64,000 nt of DNA from Lingula anatina (Eukaryota > Animalia > Brachiopoda), in assembly GCA_051362555.1 (NCBI GenBank), contig CM120645.1:17050001-17114000 (forward strand), in the 5' to 3' direction. The notes below the pieces were generated by a model. It did not search any database, was not told where the DNA came from, and saw only the letters and a program-made list of their open reading frames with translations. This document shows, piece after piece, positions 11,834 to 24,800 of this stretch. The stretch's first letter is position 1. Every line of letters starts with the position of its first letter. Made by a program: the position numbers and the translations under genes.

Positions 11834-14449
11834 TTTAATAAGGGAAAACGCCAGACTTTACTATATATGTTTTTCTAGATATTTTAATTAAGTTACGTAT
11901 TCATTAACATTTCACATGAAATCTTTCAGCAGCATTGAAAGGTCATTCTGCATGGTTTTGTACTCCACACAGCTGTATATAGGGCCAGCTGTATACAGTG
12001 ACAGTCTCCAAATTGATTTTACATTACTATCCATCTCTTCTCCACTTGGTGCATGTATATCTGTATCAATTGTGTGCTCGTGTGCACAGTTTGTGGTCCA
12101 CAGTTCATTCTGGTATCATAGAATGTTCTCACTTGTTTAAGTTGACTCTTATAAAAATCTTGTTTAGGCTCACATTTGGCCTTGCAGTTCACTGCCTCTA
12201 TCTCTTTCCCCATAAGTACTGGTAACTGTACATAAGACATTGAGTGCTATGAAGCCATAAGGTAAATAACAATTAAATACAGGCAATGATACAGTTCAGG
12301 TACAAATTTACACTCAGTCTCAGAAACAACACTGTCAGTTAACCTCAGAGTCTCAACACTGGGGTCTTTATACTTGAAACTACTATTATAGTATATTGTA
12401 GGCCCAGACAATAAACAACTTTTGCGCCTATTATGCACCATTGAATTTCCTTCTAATATTTCTGCTTTGTCATGGTATTCAATATTTATGCAACGTTAAG
12501 TAAAAAAGAACATAATTACACTGCAGGTGGATAGGTTAACTGTTTGCTTCATTTTTTCATATACAAAAGATCTTTACAGGTCCTTACTGAAATATATTTG
12601 ATAATATTTCTGTTGCATGCAAAGAGTTGTTTATATTTGAACAGTACTTATATTTGACAATGCATGATAAACATGCATAAATACAATATATACACACACA
12701 AATGCACACACATACACAGAGATATAAATGTACACATTTCCTTAAACCACACATGTAATGCTCATGCCTGATTCTGTCATAAAATTTGCAAGTCATCATT
12801 ACATATATACTAGTGCAATAAGCTGACACACTGTCAGAAATGTTTATCACATTTATGAATTACTATAATTAGTATTGAAATCATTTTAAAAGTGAAAAGT
12901 TCATTGTTTCAAAATTACAAATAGGATGAAAACAAAAATATACAAAAAACTTCAACTTTTTTTGTAAACATAATTAAGACATGCTGATCTGCAAAACCAA
13001 CCTGTCTTTTTATAAAACAATATTTAGAAAATATTATTCAAAATTTAGTGAATTTAGAATGAATCAAAACATGTTTTGGCAGTAATGGTGTGAACCAATA
13101 CTTTGGATAGTGATCGTAACATCTACAGCAACAATTACATGGACAGAACATAGAATATATCAGAATATATATACAGACACAAAAAGTGACCTTATGTAAT
13201 AATTAAATTCCTAAAAATTGAATGAACAACTGCATTTATTAAGGCTGATTGCTGTACAAGTAAAAAGCAGATGTTACAGTATCTATGGCTTAGGTTAATT
13301 CAAACAGTCTATTGAATTATGTATATCAGAAAGGTGCCTGTCCTGATACAAGATTCCAAGTGTGCAATGCAATTATTAACATGGACATATCAATACAATA
13401 GAATGTCCTGTGTAAGCCATCAAATCTCCCCTTCTGTGCAAAGACACCAAATCCCCATTCTATCATAGTCACGATTCTTTTGAACACACCACATTGCTAT
13501 GTTAAACCTTAGCTATTATCCCTTCATAACTATATACAGACTTAGTGAAAGGAGAGGACAAACACTTTATTGTCTGGGTTTACTGATGCGTCTTATTAGT
13601 TTTATATGTGACAATATAATAATTTCACAAAAATGTAAGACCTCACACACAAGTAGAACTCAATTTTTCACAGCACAGTGTATACTCATAGATGAAGAGA
13701 TGTTTCTTTTAATAAAATTTAAAAATTGTAAAGCATTATATTACAAGAAGAAATTGTAATATTGTCTATGAATAATTTGGTACATTGTACATGTACAGAC
13801 ACAGGAAATAGGTATTTATTGGGGGGTAAATGAACTTCACATTTCTTAAGGCCATATTTAATTTGAGTCTTCTTACTTAAAGAAAATTAATTTTAATCAA
13901 AATTACAAATTTTCACAAGCTAACATATTGAATCAGTTTAGGAGGCACCAATACTCTGAATACAGGCTATTCATCTAGGTAATGTTAAACAGCAACTTTA
14001 CAAAAATTGCTTGGATACTGGCAACTTCCTTTACATTTGCCGGTACCAAGTACATGTATTTTAAAAATAAATTAAAACAACCATTTTCAAAAATACAGTA
14101 CTGTTTCACATCATAAGAAAATAAATGCAGTTTGACAATTGTCATAACCAATAAGTTTTAAAAAATGTAATTCATATTCTGACACTGTGCACAGAATAGA
14201 TACGGTGCAGTAGTGTTACGTAACTTAATAAGTGTTACTCATCATCTTGAACAAAATATGAAATGCGTCTGAATTGGCCTTTTAAAATCGTGCTGCAGCC
14301 TTAGCATGAAAACAATCAAATTATCTGCAAGTCATTTACAAGGCATGAATGTAAATATCCCGATTAACTATGAATCGTCCAAAATTGAGCAAAAGGGATT
14401 TTTCAAATTTAAAATAATATTTTAAAAATAATTAAATACTACTCTTACT

Positions 14450-14935
14450 AGTAACCCGGTGCTTTAAATTACTGTAGCGCCGATCTTCATTTAGCACACT
14501 TACCTTCGGCACCTCAATTAAATAAGCGGATTTATTCCAATGTTATGAAGTGACAACCTCGGTCCACGGAGCACCTGAGCTGTCAATCACGTTAACACTG
14601 TCAACTATTACAAAATCAATTCATAAAGTGACTTGTTCCTGGTTTGCGGTGTCAGTGGTGTAAAATGGGTGACGAAAATTAGGTTTGTAGGTCAAGCTCG
14701 TCTAAAATTTAGACGGAATTCGTGCATCTCACGTGGAAGCATGCCGTTTTCATTATACAATAATAAAAGATGTTTAAATATAATTTCCTCTGAATATTTA
14801 ATATTTTTTTCTCTATTAATATTTGAAACCTATACATGAATCGGAATCCAACTACATATAAATCAATTATATCACTGCGCTACATTCCGGTCCATGTTTG
14901 TCTAGTCATGGCGGCCAAAACAAAGCGTAGAGAAA
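14450..14935. promoter_or_regulatory. Bidirectional promoter, G6PD (-) / RCC1-repeat gene (+)
   Basis: CpG enrichment relative to flanks, E-box cacgtg at ~14730, YY1-like catggcggcc at ~14907; ~430 bp between the G6PD exon-1 donor and the + ATG. Confidence 0.65.
14504..14600 (-). other. G6PD: Probable non-coding first exon of G6PD
   Basis: Strong minus-strand donor gccgaag|gtaagt at 14503 inside a CpG-enriched patch; 5' end approximate. Confidence 0.6.
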
Positions 14936-17900
14936 ATGTTTCCTCTGTTTGAACTAGCTAAAATATTGAAGTATGGTGGCTCGGGCAACGGGAGCAGCAG
15001 ACAGAATGCAACTGTGAGACGATGTGCATGGAAAGAAGTTGGAGAAATGAGCCAGTTGGCTCTGTACTTCTCAAACGGTAAGCTTTTATTGCAGGTGCCA
15101 CCGATCAATGCAGGAACGTCATGTGACTTCATTTGTACGCCATACAAGTACTAAATAAATGTGCAAACGTAGTGTTCAGTGGAAAAATCGCTTTACTTTA
15201 AGCATGGTATCATGGAAACTTCACAAGAAAAGATTATAAGTTAAAAAGTGTAGAATTTTTTTCATTTCTGTATTGGATATCTTCTAGATACGCATGTTTA
15301 ATAATTATTTGTTATCTTACATTAAATACATCATAATCATTATACTCCTTAAGCAGTACAATACCATTACTGTTTACTTTTTTTTAATAATCTAGACATA
15401 AAAATGAATAATATATAGATGAAAATACACATTCATTTTTCAAAAAGATTACCTGCTCCTTCGGTACTGCATCAGAGGGCGCGCCCCAGTAGTACGCCAG
15501 ATCCCATGGCTACCAGATCAACCCATTGTGGACCTTTGCTTTGATGCTACAGGCACATGGCTGCTAGTGATCACAGTGAAGACGCATCTCTTCATCATCC
15601 CTGTGCTCACTTTGATGGTCAGTAAACTGATAAGTATACCTGTTTTTGTAACCAGCTGAACATTGTCTTCTTATTCAAAATGCCTTTATATACTTCTATT
15701 TTTTTTTTAGCCAAACCAAGAATATTATGGGCTATCAGAAGAAAAGTAGATAATTTTCAGACTGTTAGAATATGGTAAAGTTAATCAAAATATAAATAAT
15801 TATTGTTATAAAACTTTGTGCACATTAATCTTAAAAAATATCAATTAAAAAAGTGCTTGAAATTAAACCAGTGTTACTGTTAATTATGCTTAATGATATG
15901 AACAATCTTAAAGTAAAAAATGAAAAAGGAAGATGTTCTGTGATGATATAAAGCTTATCTGTGTAGAAAATGAGACTGGTATTTTGCTTGGTGTTTTTAT
16001 ATTTTAAACATCAATTTATTGCCTATTGTAGAACCCCAGTGCACATGTGAACCAGCTGTGGAAGACAGATGATGTGACAGAGATCAAACCAGTGCTAGGA
16101 AAGGGTAATAAAAGATATAAACTTGAATTTTGTAAGGAAATTGTTATAGTGATGTCCTTACCAGGGTATGGGTACTAGTAGGACACGTTTCATTAATTTT
16201 GCATTACAAAAAAATTTTTTTTTCAAAAATAGCAGAATTCTGATTTTATTTTAATTGAAAATAAAGTTATTGGTTATTTTACGATTGTGGTTTATTTACA
16301 ATGCCATAACTATGGCATATGTAAATATTCTATCTATTGAAGCAGAGGTTGAATTAAGTGTATTTGTAGCCAAGTCGAAGACCTACTCTTTAGCATCTTT
16401 GGTTTTGATTAGATGATAAACATTCTACAACCACAAGTTCACTACTTCAGGTGGCTGCAGTCCTGGTTTACTCTCAGGAATCATATACATTAACAATATC
16501 CACATTTGTCTACTTCAGGTGGCCGCAGTCCCACATGTGTAACCTGGTGGTATACTCTCAGGGATCATAAACATTAACAATATCCACATTTGTCTACTTC
16601 AGGTGGCCGTAGTCCCACATGTGTAACTTGGTGGTATACTCTCAGTGATCATAAACGTTAACAATATCCACATTTGTCTACTTCAGGTGGCCGCAGTCCC
16701 ACATGTGTAACTTGGTGGTATACTCTCAGTGATCAGCACATTGCTGTGGTAGGAACACAGGTAGGTGCTCAGCAAGAGCTTGATCTTAAATGTTGAAATC
16801 TCATTCACTTTGATTTCAGTTTGGTGAATCCTCTTACTCTTAGTCTTATATGCCACAATGGTGTCACAGTAATTGTTGTTCATACAAGCCTAGGGGCCTG
16901 TTTAACCATTACATTTTTGGTTCTGTTCAACTCTACCAGACTACTAGTAAGTCAAATTTCAGTTTTAGTTGCAGTGGTAAATTGATCCAACAACACTTAC
17001 AATTATAATAAGAAATATTGTTTTGTAACAATGGCTGGGTGAAACGGGGCCCTTATCACTTGTTCATGTCAGTGAGTTTTTGCTAAATTTGCAGTTCTGA
17101 CAACACTTTTGGTAACCATACACCACATTTTAGCCATGTTAGAGAACGCATTTCTCATAGTAATGATAACTTTTTACACTTCTTAATCCAGCAAGGAGAT
17201 ATTTTATGTGTCGACCTACTGCGTAATACAGTTTTGGGTGAGACGTCTATCCCAGAAGGCATTGTGAATATTGATCTTGTTCAGGATGATAGGCAGTCTG
17301 TTACCTATGCTCTGGTGAGATATGGGCGGTATTTTGACAAGTCTTTCAGTTAAAGTATCGACACTTTAATCTCAAAATTTAAGAAATGTTTCAATTTTAC
17401 ATATTTTCTCAATTAATGGTGTAAATGAAAAGGATGTGCCTTTTCTAAAAAAAAAATTAATTTGACTGTTTAATATAGTACTGTGAAAGTGGTACATTTG
17501 TAAAAATCTCAAAATACTCCATAGAAATTTTTTTTATTTCCTTTCTCACAAGTATAACTGGCAGTTTACAAGATTTAGACCACACTATCATGAAATAAAA
17601 CATTTTAAAGATAAACAGGAATGACCTCTCTACAATCAGGAGCAGTATCTCCTTGTTTTATTAACTGGAGATCACAAATAGAAATGATATAATGTATCAG
17701 GTCTGCTTTGTGTCCAGATCTCCACCAGGTCAGGGTCTCAGTGGAAACTGCTGTTAGAACAGAAGAACATGGAGATTCACTGGGTGGAAGATAGAGGTGT
17801 GCATGAACAAATGGATGGGAGACCTGTGTTACCTATCTATAACTTTGTTAACCAGACAGGTGAGGAAAGGAAGACAACATTGAGGGAGGATAAATAATGA

Positions 17901-18777
17901 TAAAATTGAGTTATTCACACTTGAAGACTAAGACTGCAGAATGATAAAGTCATTATGAATAAATGAGTAGATTTTTACTTATTTAATTGTAACTGTGATG
18001 TGACCTTTCTAGAACTTAATAAATCAAACAGTAACAGATAAAAATTGAAACTATAAGAAATACTAGTTTTTATAAATATAGTAACTGTTGTGTCTATACA
18101 TAAAATCTAAAAAATTAATGTTACACAAATTCATCTATAAGTAGCTTTTATTTAATTTTAATATATTAGTACATGTGTATTTCAGTCTTTTGTGGGTCAA
18201 GCTCTGTATTGTGCTATATGAAAGGATGTGAAGGGAAAAATGTTACATTTTTTAGTTTCAGAGGAACTATCCCATGACTTCATTCCTCTGAAATTCTACA
18301 ATTTTGGCAAAGGAATCACTTTGTCGGCACAGTATGCCAGGGGAAGACACTTTGTGGCAGCACATGATTGTAAATCACAGACATATCAGGTAAGAAAAGT
18401 TTCTTAAAAGGATGACTTTTAACACTGAATCTTGCAAATTCATTTAATTGGTATACGTCTAGTACTTTACTTTTAATGACACAGGATAAGACTGAGAAAG
18501 CCAGAAGTTAAATCTGTTTTACTGAATGTTCTGGGCAGATGATGTTATACTGGATTTGAAAATTTATTGATAATTCATGTTTATTGATAGCTATGTTGTG
18601 TGTGTATTTGATTTAAATTGATGGAAAGTTTTCTGTTTGTTTGACTCAGTAATGTCTTTTACTTACCCACCATGCATTGTAGTCCCTGTATCACTGACTT
18701 GTTTTTTTTTTTTTTACTTAACATTGATTCTTTATAAGATGTATACACTTTTAGATGAAAAAAGAACATTGTCAATC

Positions 18778-18827
<50 letters not shown>

Positions 18828-21800
18828 TTACTTTTGCTGCTTTATAATAAATGATGATAATTTTCATCTACAGGTTTATGACAGTAATTTGGAGCACAAC
18901 CCCCTGTTTGTGTATAAGATTCCAGCAAACACAGAAAATTTACTCCTGACAGACAAGCTCATGTTCATGACCCAGATGGCTGATGGGAAAACACAGCTGA
19001 TGCTCTTGTCCAATCAGATGTCAGAGACTTCCCTCGATGATCATATAGTAAGTTCCCAGTATGTAATATCATTACAAAATTTAAATAAAATATTAAAGGC
19101 ATCACAGAGAAATGTATACAGATCCAAATACAAAAATATGCAGGCCCATAGCCAGGGGGGGTTCGGGGGTTCAAAAGAACTGCCCCTTTTGTCAGGAAAA
19201 GGTCCATTTTGGGTAAAATTTTATCTAGGTACACATAAGTTTCATTGTAAAAGGTCCACTCTTTCAGAAAAAGAATCCCCCTTTTGAATTTTCTGGCTAA
19301 GGGCCTGATATGGTTCATGCTAAATAAATATTTTGATACACAAGAAAGGCATGCAGTGAATGCAACTTATTATGATTGATTCAGAATCCAAATTATTTTG
19401 TTCAAATTGTTTTTCTTCAAATAGCGAGCTTTCATTTACATCTCATTTTTTTCAAAGGGAATTTATATAATAATTGCACTTTTATATTTTCTTTACTAGA
19501 ATTTTAACAAGGATGCCATAGTCCAGGCCTTTGGATTTCCAGCAAGTGAAAGCATTGTGGCAGTTTTTAAGAGATCTTATCCCTTTTACTGGCATGAAAA
19601 GCGGGAAGAGGAGCTCTTGCAGAAGTCCGCCTCTGCATCCAGCAGGGAGTTTGTTAAGAAAGATGAAAAATTGGCCACAGATGCAAACAAAAGAAGATCA
19701 GGTGGCACATCCCAAGAGAAACCCAAGTCTGAGCTTGAGGCTGTAGAGCTAAGTGCTGCATACAGTATCCAGATATCAACCCACACTGTGCTAGATGGTT
19801 GTATTGTGGTAACACAGGATGGGGCTTATGAATGCAGACCCAGGTAATGCTAATAACAGAGTAATACATGACTGTATTGACTTGTGGCAGTGCCAGTTAT
19901 ATGTAACTGTAATTACGTTGGTCATATCATACATGTATTTTGTGGCATATTTGAACAAAGGGTTTAAAATAAAAGCTATTTATTAAATCTATTTAATTCT
20001 GCCAGCAAGACATTTAGACTTTAGTTATGCAATTAATACCTGATACATGCCTGGAATAAAATTAAGGCCACAGAGAATACAATGGAATAATTTGAATGTT
20101 CTAGGGTATCTCCAGAGAGGTATTTCCTGGACTTAGCGCTGACGACCTCGGACTCCCACCAGACGGAGCTGCTGGGCATCATGCTGAGCCTGGACATCAA
20201 CATGCTCTATGAGCTGGCTGCAGAGTACAGGCTGGCCAGGGGGGACTTTGTACATTCTATTAGGTTGTACCAGTTGTCCAAGGTATGTACTTGATGGAAA
20301 GAATTCTGAACAAATATGTATTTCTGTTCATTTTGTTTTATATTTACCTCAGCAGGGTTTGGAATGAATGACAATTTCTCTTTTCACAAAAATTTTTCTA
20401 TGAAAATGAATATAAAGCTTTTGGGATATAGTGTTCATCAAAATTATTATATAAATAATTTCAGCATAACATTCTATTCTGCCACATAATAAAGGTTAGA
20501 ACATTTTCAGTGTCCGTACATCAAGAGAGTTGCCAACTTTGCCCACTACGGCCGCATCCCAGAGGTCATGAACTATCTGAAACAGGTTCTTGGTAATCGG
20601 AGCTTGGATCTGAATACGTCGGAGAAGAAGCAGCTGGCAGACATGGCACTCCACTGTTACGTGCACCAGATAGTGACATCCAATGGGAAGGACAAGGGTC
20701 TGGTTCAGGCACTCAGGTATTCTGTGTGACAGATAAGAGATCTTGAGATGGTACACAGATGTTTGTTATGAATATTTTTGAGACTACGGCCGTAAGTGCT
20801 ATGTATTTCGAAAATACTTCCATTACATGGACAGAGTAAGTAGAAGTGGTCCACTATAAAACACAGCTTGTTATTCTTGGTTCATTTACTGGAAAGAAGG
20901 ATGTTTGTACAATTTAGTGTTCTTGCAGTTCTTTTAAGAATTAAAATTCTAACTCACAATTAATTTTCCTGATTTTGGACTAATATTTAAATGAAAACTA
21001 CTGGCAGTCTAAGATTTAGGAATTTCAGTATTTATTTTAAGACCTTTGGAAAAAAAGAAATATCATAACAGAACTACTTTCAGGGACTTCTTGCTGAGCA
21101 GTTTCTCCTATGATGAGATGACTGCCCTCACCTTGCTGTCAATGCACAACTTGATGGACTTGCTCTTTGAACTGGCCAAGGTAGGATCATGTTTAAAGTT
21201 ACGGACATGGAAGTCAAAACACCCTCTGTTAAAGGAAGTCAAAATATCCTCTTATTGGAGTCATATGTTAGATAAAGCATCTGCTTTGCAATGCTATAGC
21301 TTTTTGATTATCAGAGAGTTTATTACAGATACTTTATGAAATACAGTGAAATCAGCTAAGAGTAGTAGTTAAGTGAACCATGATGAAATCCCAGTGGATT
21401 TTTAAAAAATGAAATGGTGCCCTTGATTATGGAGTTGACAGTGCTGTGTGTTTTCAGAGTCGTGGTCTAATAGGAGATGCCTTGGAGCTGCTGGTCCAGC
21501 AGGGTCATGTGACCTTCACCACCCCACAGCTGGACATCCTGGCCCAGAAGGGAGTGTCCATACATCTAGCCAGGGTCAGAGATGGTGAATAATTATTTAA
21601 AATTCTTTCTGAATAGAACATGTTTTTATTATATTCTCTCTTTAAGAAATTATAGTTTTTGACAGATATTCATTTCAAATTGATAAATCTCTCTTTTGAA
21701 TGCACATAAAATGTAGTGAATGGAAGATGCCTTTCTGCCAATTATTTACCTATAAAAGTGGATTAAATTTTTCCAATTGCCCCCAAGTCTGCACACTAGA

Positions 21801-24800
21801 GCATACATTTCAGGGGACTAAACTTTTTGAGTAAACTAAGTGTAAAATGTTTTACTTTATTAATGTATTCTCATCATATGATATATTGAGATTCTCAAAA
21901 CATTTGCTCTATAGGTACTTTCTTAAGGTGCATGTCAACAGAAGACTTTGTCAACTTTCTTCTGGAGAAACCTCAGCTGGCCATGCAGTTTGTGCCTCAG
22001 CTGTCCATTGCTTTGTCCAGTATGGACTTGAACACACTGCTGCAGGTGGCTCAGCTGTTTGACCCTTCCAAACAAGTGGTCAGAGAGATAATGGCCAAAG
22101 AACTGGACAACGAGGGATGGGGGAGGAGGAAGAACAGGAGGTGCTGTAAAATATTGTTCTCTACTTTCTCACTCTCAATGTGTATTAAGCACTTTTCCAC
22201 AGCTTTATTTATTAATTTCATTACAACTTTTGTCATACAAAAATGTTATGTTTAATTAAATATAATTTCACTTGAACAGACTAGATTATTGACCATAATA
22301 GTAGTTGAATTTTATTTCTTATGTGATTATTTCCAGTTTAAGTTAAAGTGCACTGTTGTCATTTCCTTGCAGATCCCATAGTGTATCCAGCATGTCATCT
22401 TTCATGTCCTCTGTATCTTCAATGAGTGATCACAGCGAGAGTGCTGGAGTAAGTGTTAGCTATTTCAGTCATAGAATACATATGATCTTCTGTAAATTTC
22501 ATGTAAAAAATTCCAAAACATTTGTATTTATTTATTAGGAGCAAACAAATTTTAATGTACAATTTATATTATTTGTTTAAAGGACATCCAGATGCAAGAA
22601 ACATGGAGGGATTTTTAAGTAGATTAGATGTCTTTGCCCCTTTTTAATTGCAAATCAACCATACAGTGTTATATTTTGCAAAGTAAATTTTATAAAATGA
22701 AGAAAGTTAGTTTGCTTTGTATTAACTGTACACATTATTTAACCTTAATATGATTCTTTTTAACCAACATTATTACACCATTTTGATTGATATATAAAAG
22801 GGAAATATATATCTCTTTTTATTATTTACTGTTCAGGATGTCACGATGCCGAGTGTGTCAGAATTGGTTCATTTTTTTATCCTGGTTGTACTACACTTGA
22901 ATGAGAAACACAGACAGCCAAAGTTTAGCACTGATTTCTTAGAGGAGGACATGTCATATGAGGCAGAAAGTGATGTAAGTATTAAGTAAGGAAAATGGGT
23001 GGTTTGCTTTTATCCCATGTTTAGCTCATATCAGGCATTTCGTTTGTTCATGGATTCAAAACAGTTTTTATATAAAGTTCATGTTGTATCACTGCAAAAT
23101 ACCATAAAGTAGCAATTTTGTCATTCAGGATTTAGAAACAAGTTTTTCCAAGAAGCCACGACTTCTGACTCTGCAGCCGGCAGCTATTGGATGTGGTCAG
23201 AACCACAGCGCTCTGGCGAGGAATGGTGACCTGTACACCTGGGGAAACACTGACCATGGCAGGTAAGTACTCTGGTCAAGAATGGTGACCTGTACACCTG
23301 GGGAAACACTGACCATGGCAGGTAAGTACTCTGGTCAGGAATGGGGACCTGTATTCCTGGGGAAACACTGACCATGGCAGGTAAGTACTCTGGCCAGGAA
23401 TGGTGATCTGTACACCTGGGGAAACACTGACCATGGCAGGTAAGTACTCTGGCCAGGAATGGTGACCTGTACACCTGGGGAAACACTGACCATGGCAGGT
23501 AAGTACTCTGACCAGGAATGGGGACATGTACACCTGGGGAAACACTGACCATGGCAGGTAAGTTTTGTTGTCAGGAATGGGGACCTCAAACATATAGATG
23601 TTCATTTCAAACCTAACCTCCAGTATGAGATTTAATCATAAACCCATGTTCATCTTTGTTTTGTTGTAGGCTGGGCCATGGAGACATCACCACACCACAT
23701 GGGCTGTCACAAGTACAGAGAGTGGAGACACTGCACATGCTGAAGATACAGGTTGTCTCAGTGTCTTGTGGAGCTCAGCACACCCTAGTATTGTCCAATC
23801 AGGGGGTAAGTTAAATGAGTGTTGTCCAATCAAGGGCTGTGTAAGGTAATCCTAATGTTTTCCAATTAAGGGGTAGGGTTCCTCAGTGTTGTCCAATCAG
23901 GACATAGGTCACCCAAGTGTTGTTCAGTCAGGGGGTAGGTTATCCTAGTATTGTCCTAATAAGGACAATGTCATTCAAATTGGTTAAAATAATTGGGAAA
24001 CATGGTTTTCTTTTACTCAGTTGTTAATCTATTTAATGCTGGTGTAGCATTTTTCTTTCAAGGTAACAGTCATCTATTTATTCATATTTTCATTAAAGTG
24101 AAAACCAATAAATGTTCATAAACTGTGCTCATCTATCAACCTGGTTAATATAAAGTTGAATATTGCCACAACTGCTGTTGTTTCCAGCTGTACAGTTGGG
24201 GCAGCTCTCAGTATGGCCAAGTGGGTGCTGGTCAGAGACAAAAGTACACTCGACCTATGTTACTGGACAGTGTCCAGGATGTCCAGTTTGTGAGTGTGTC
24301 ATGTGGTCAATATCATTCCATGGCACTGGCAGCAGATGGCAGGTACAGGCACAGTGTTTATAATGGGTTTGCTGGTCTTTATGTCTGATCATATTGTTTT
24401 CAATTGGTAAAGCATAGTATATAATATTGTTTTCTACAGTGAAAAATTGGATTAATTGGTTGGTTTTTAAAGCAATGTCAGTTGATAATTTTACTTCATT
24501 TAGATGTAAGGGAAAATATCTCTGAATATTTCAATTTTAATAGCATCTCCAAGCAAATATTTCAATTTGACCAAAAGGAATTTTATGAACTTTTCATACT
24601 ACTACATATGTGTACATTATTTCAGGGTATTCACTTGGGGGTGGGGAGTCCATGGAAATCTGGGGCATGGGAATGTGGAGGACTGTCTGTTACCAACCAA
24701 CATCCAGGCCTTGAATGACAAACAAGTGACCAGGATATCAGCTGGTTATAGTCACTCTGTGGTCTGCACGGCTAGGGTAAGTGTTATAGTCACTCTGTGG

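Noticed and set aside
11890-12240. Exon-like stretch upstream of the G6PD ATG (ORF 12019..12240)
   Set aside because: Stops in all minus frames and no splice path into the G6PD frame; at most 5'UTR.
15711-15774. AG...GT-flanked candidate exon in the RCC1 gene
   Set aside because: In-frame stop (EEK*) and incompatible phase; the flanking exons join without it.
23184-23605. Three - strand repetitive ORFs; array is superficially CRISPR-like
   Set aside because: Antisense of the 59-bp tandem array. The units are contiguous with no unique spacers, the context is eukaryotic and there are no cas genes.
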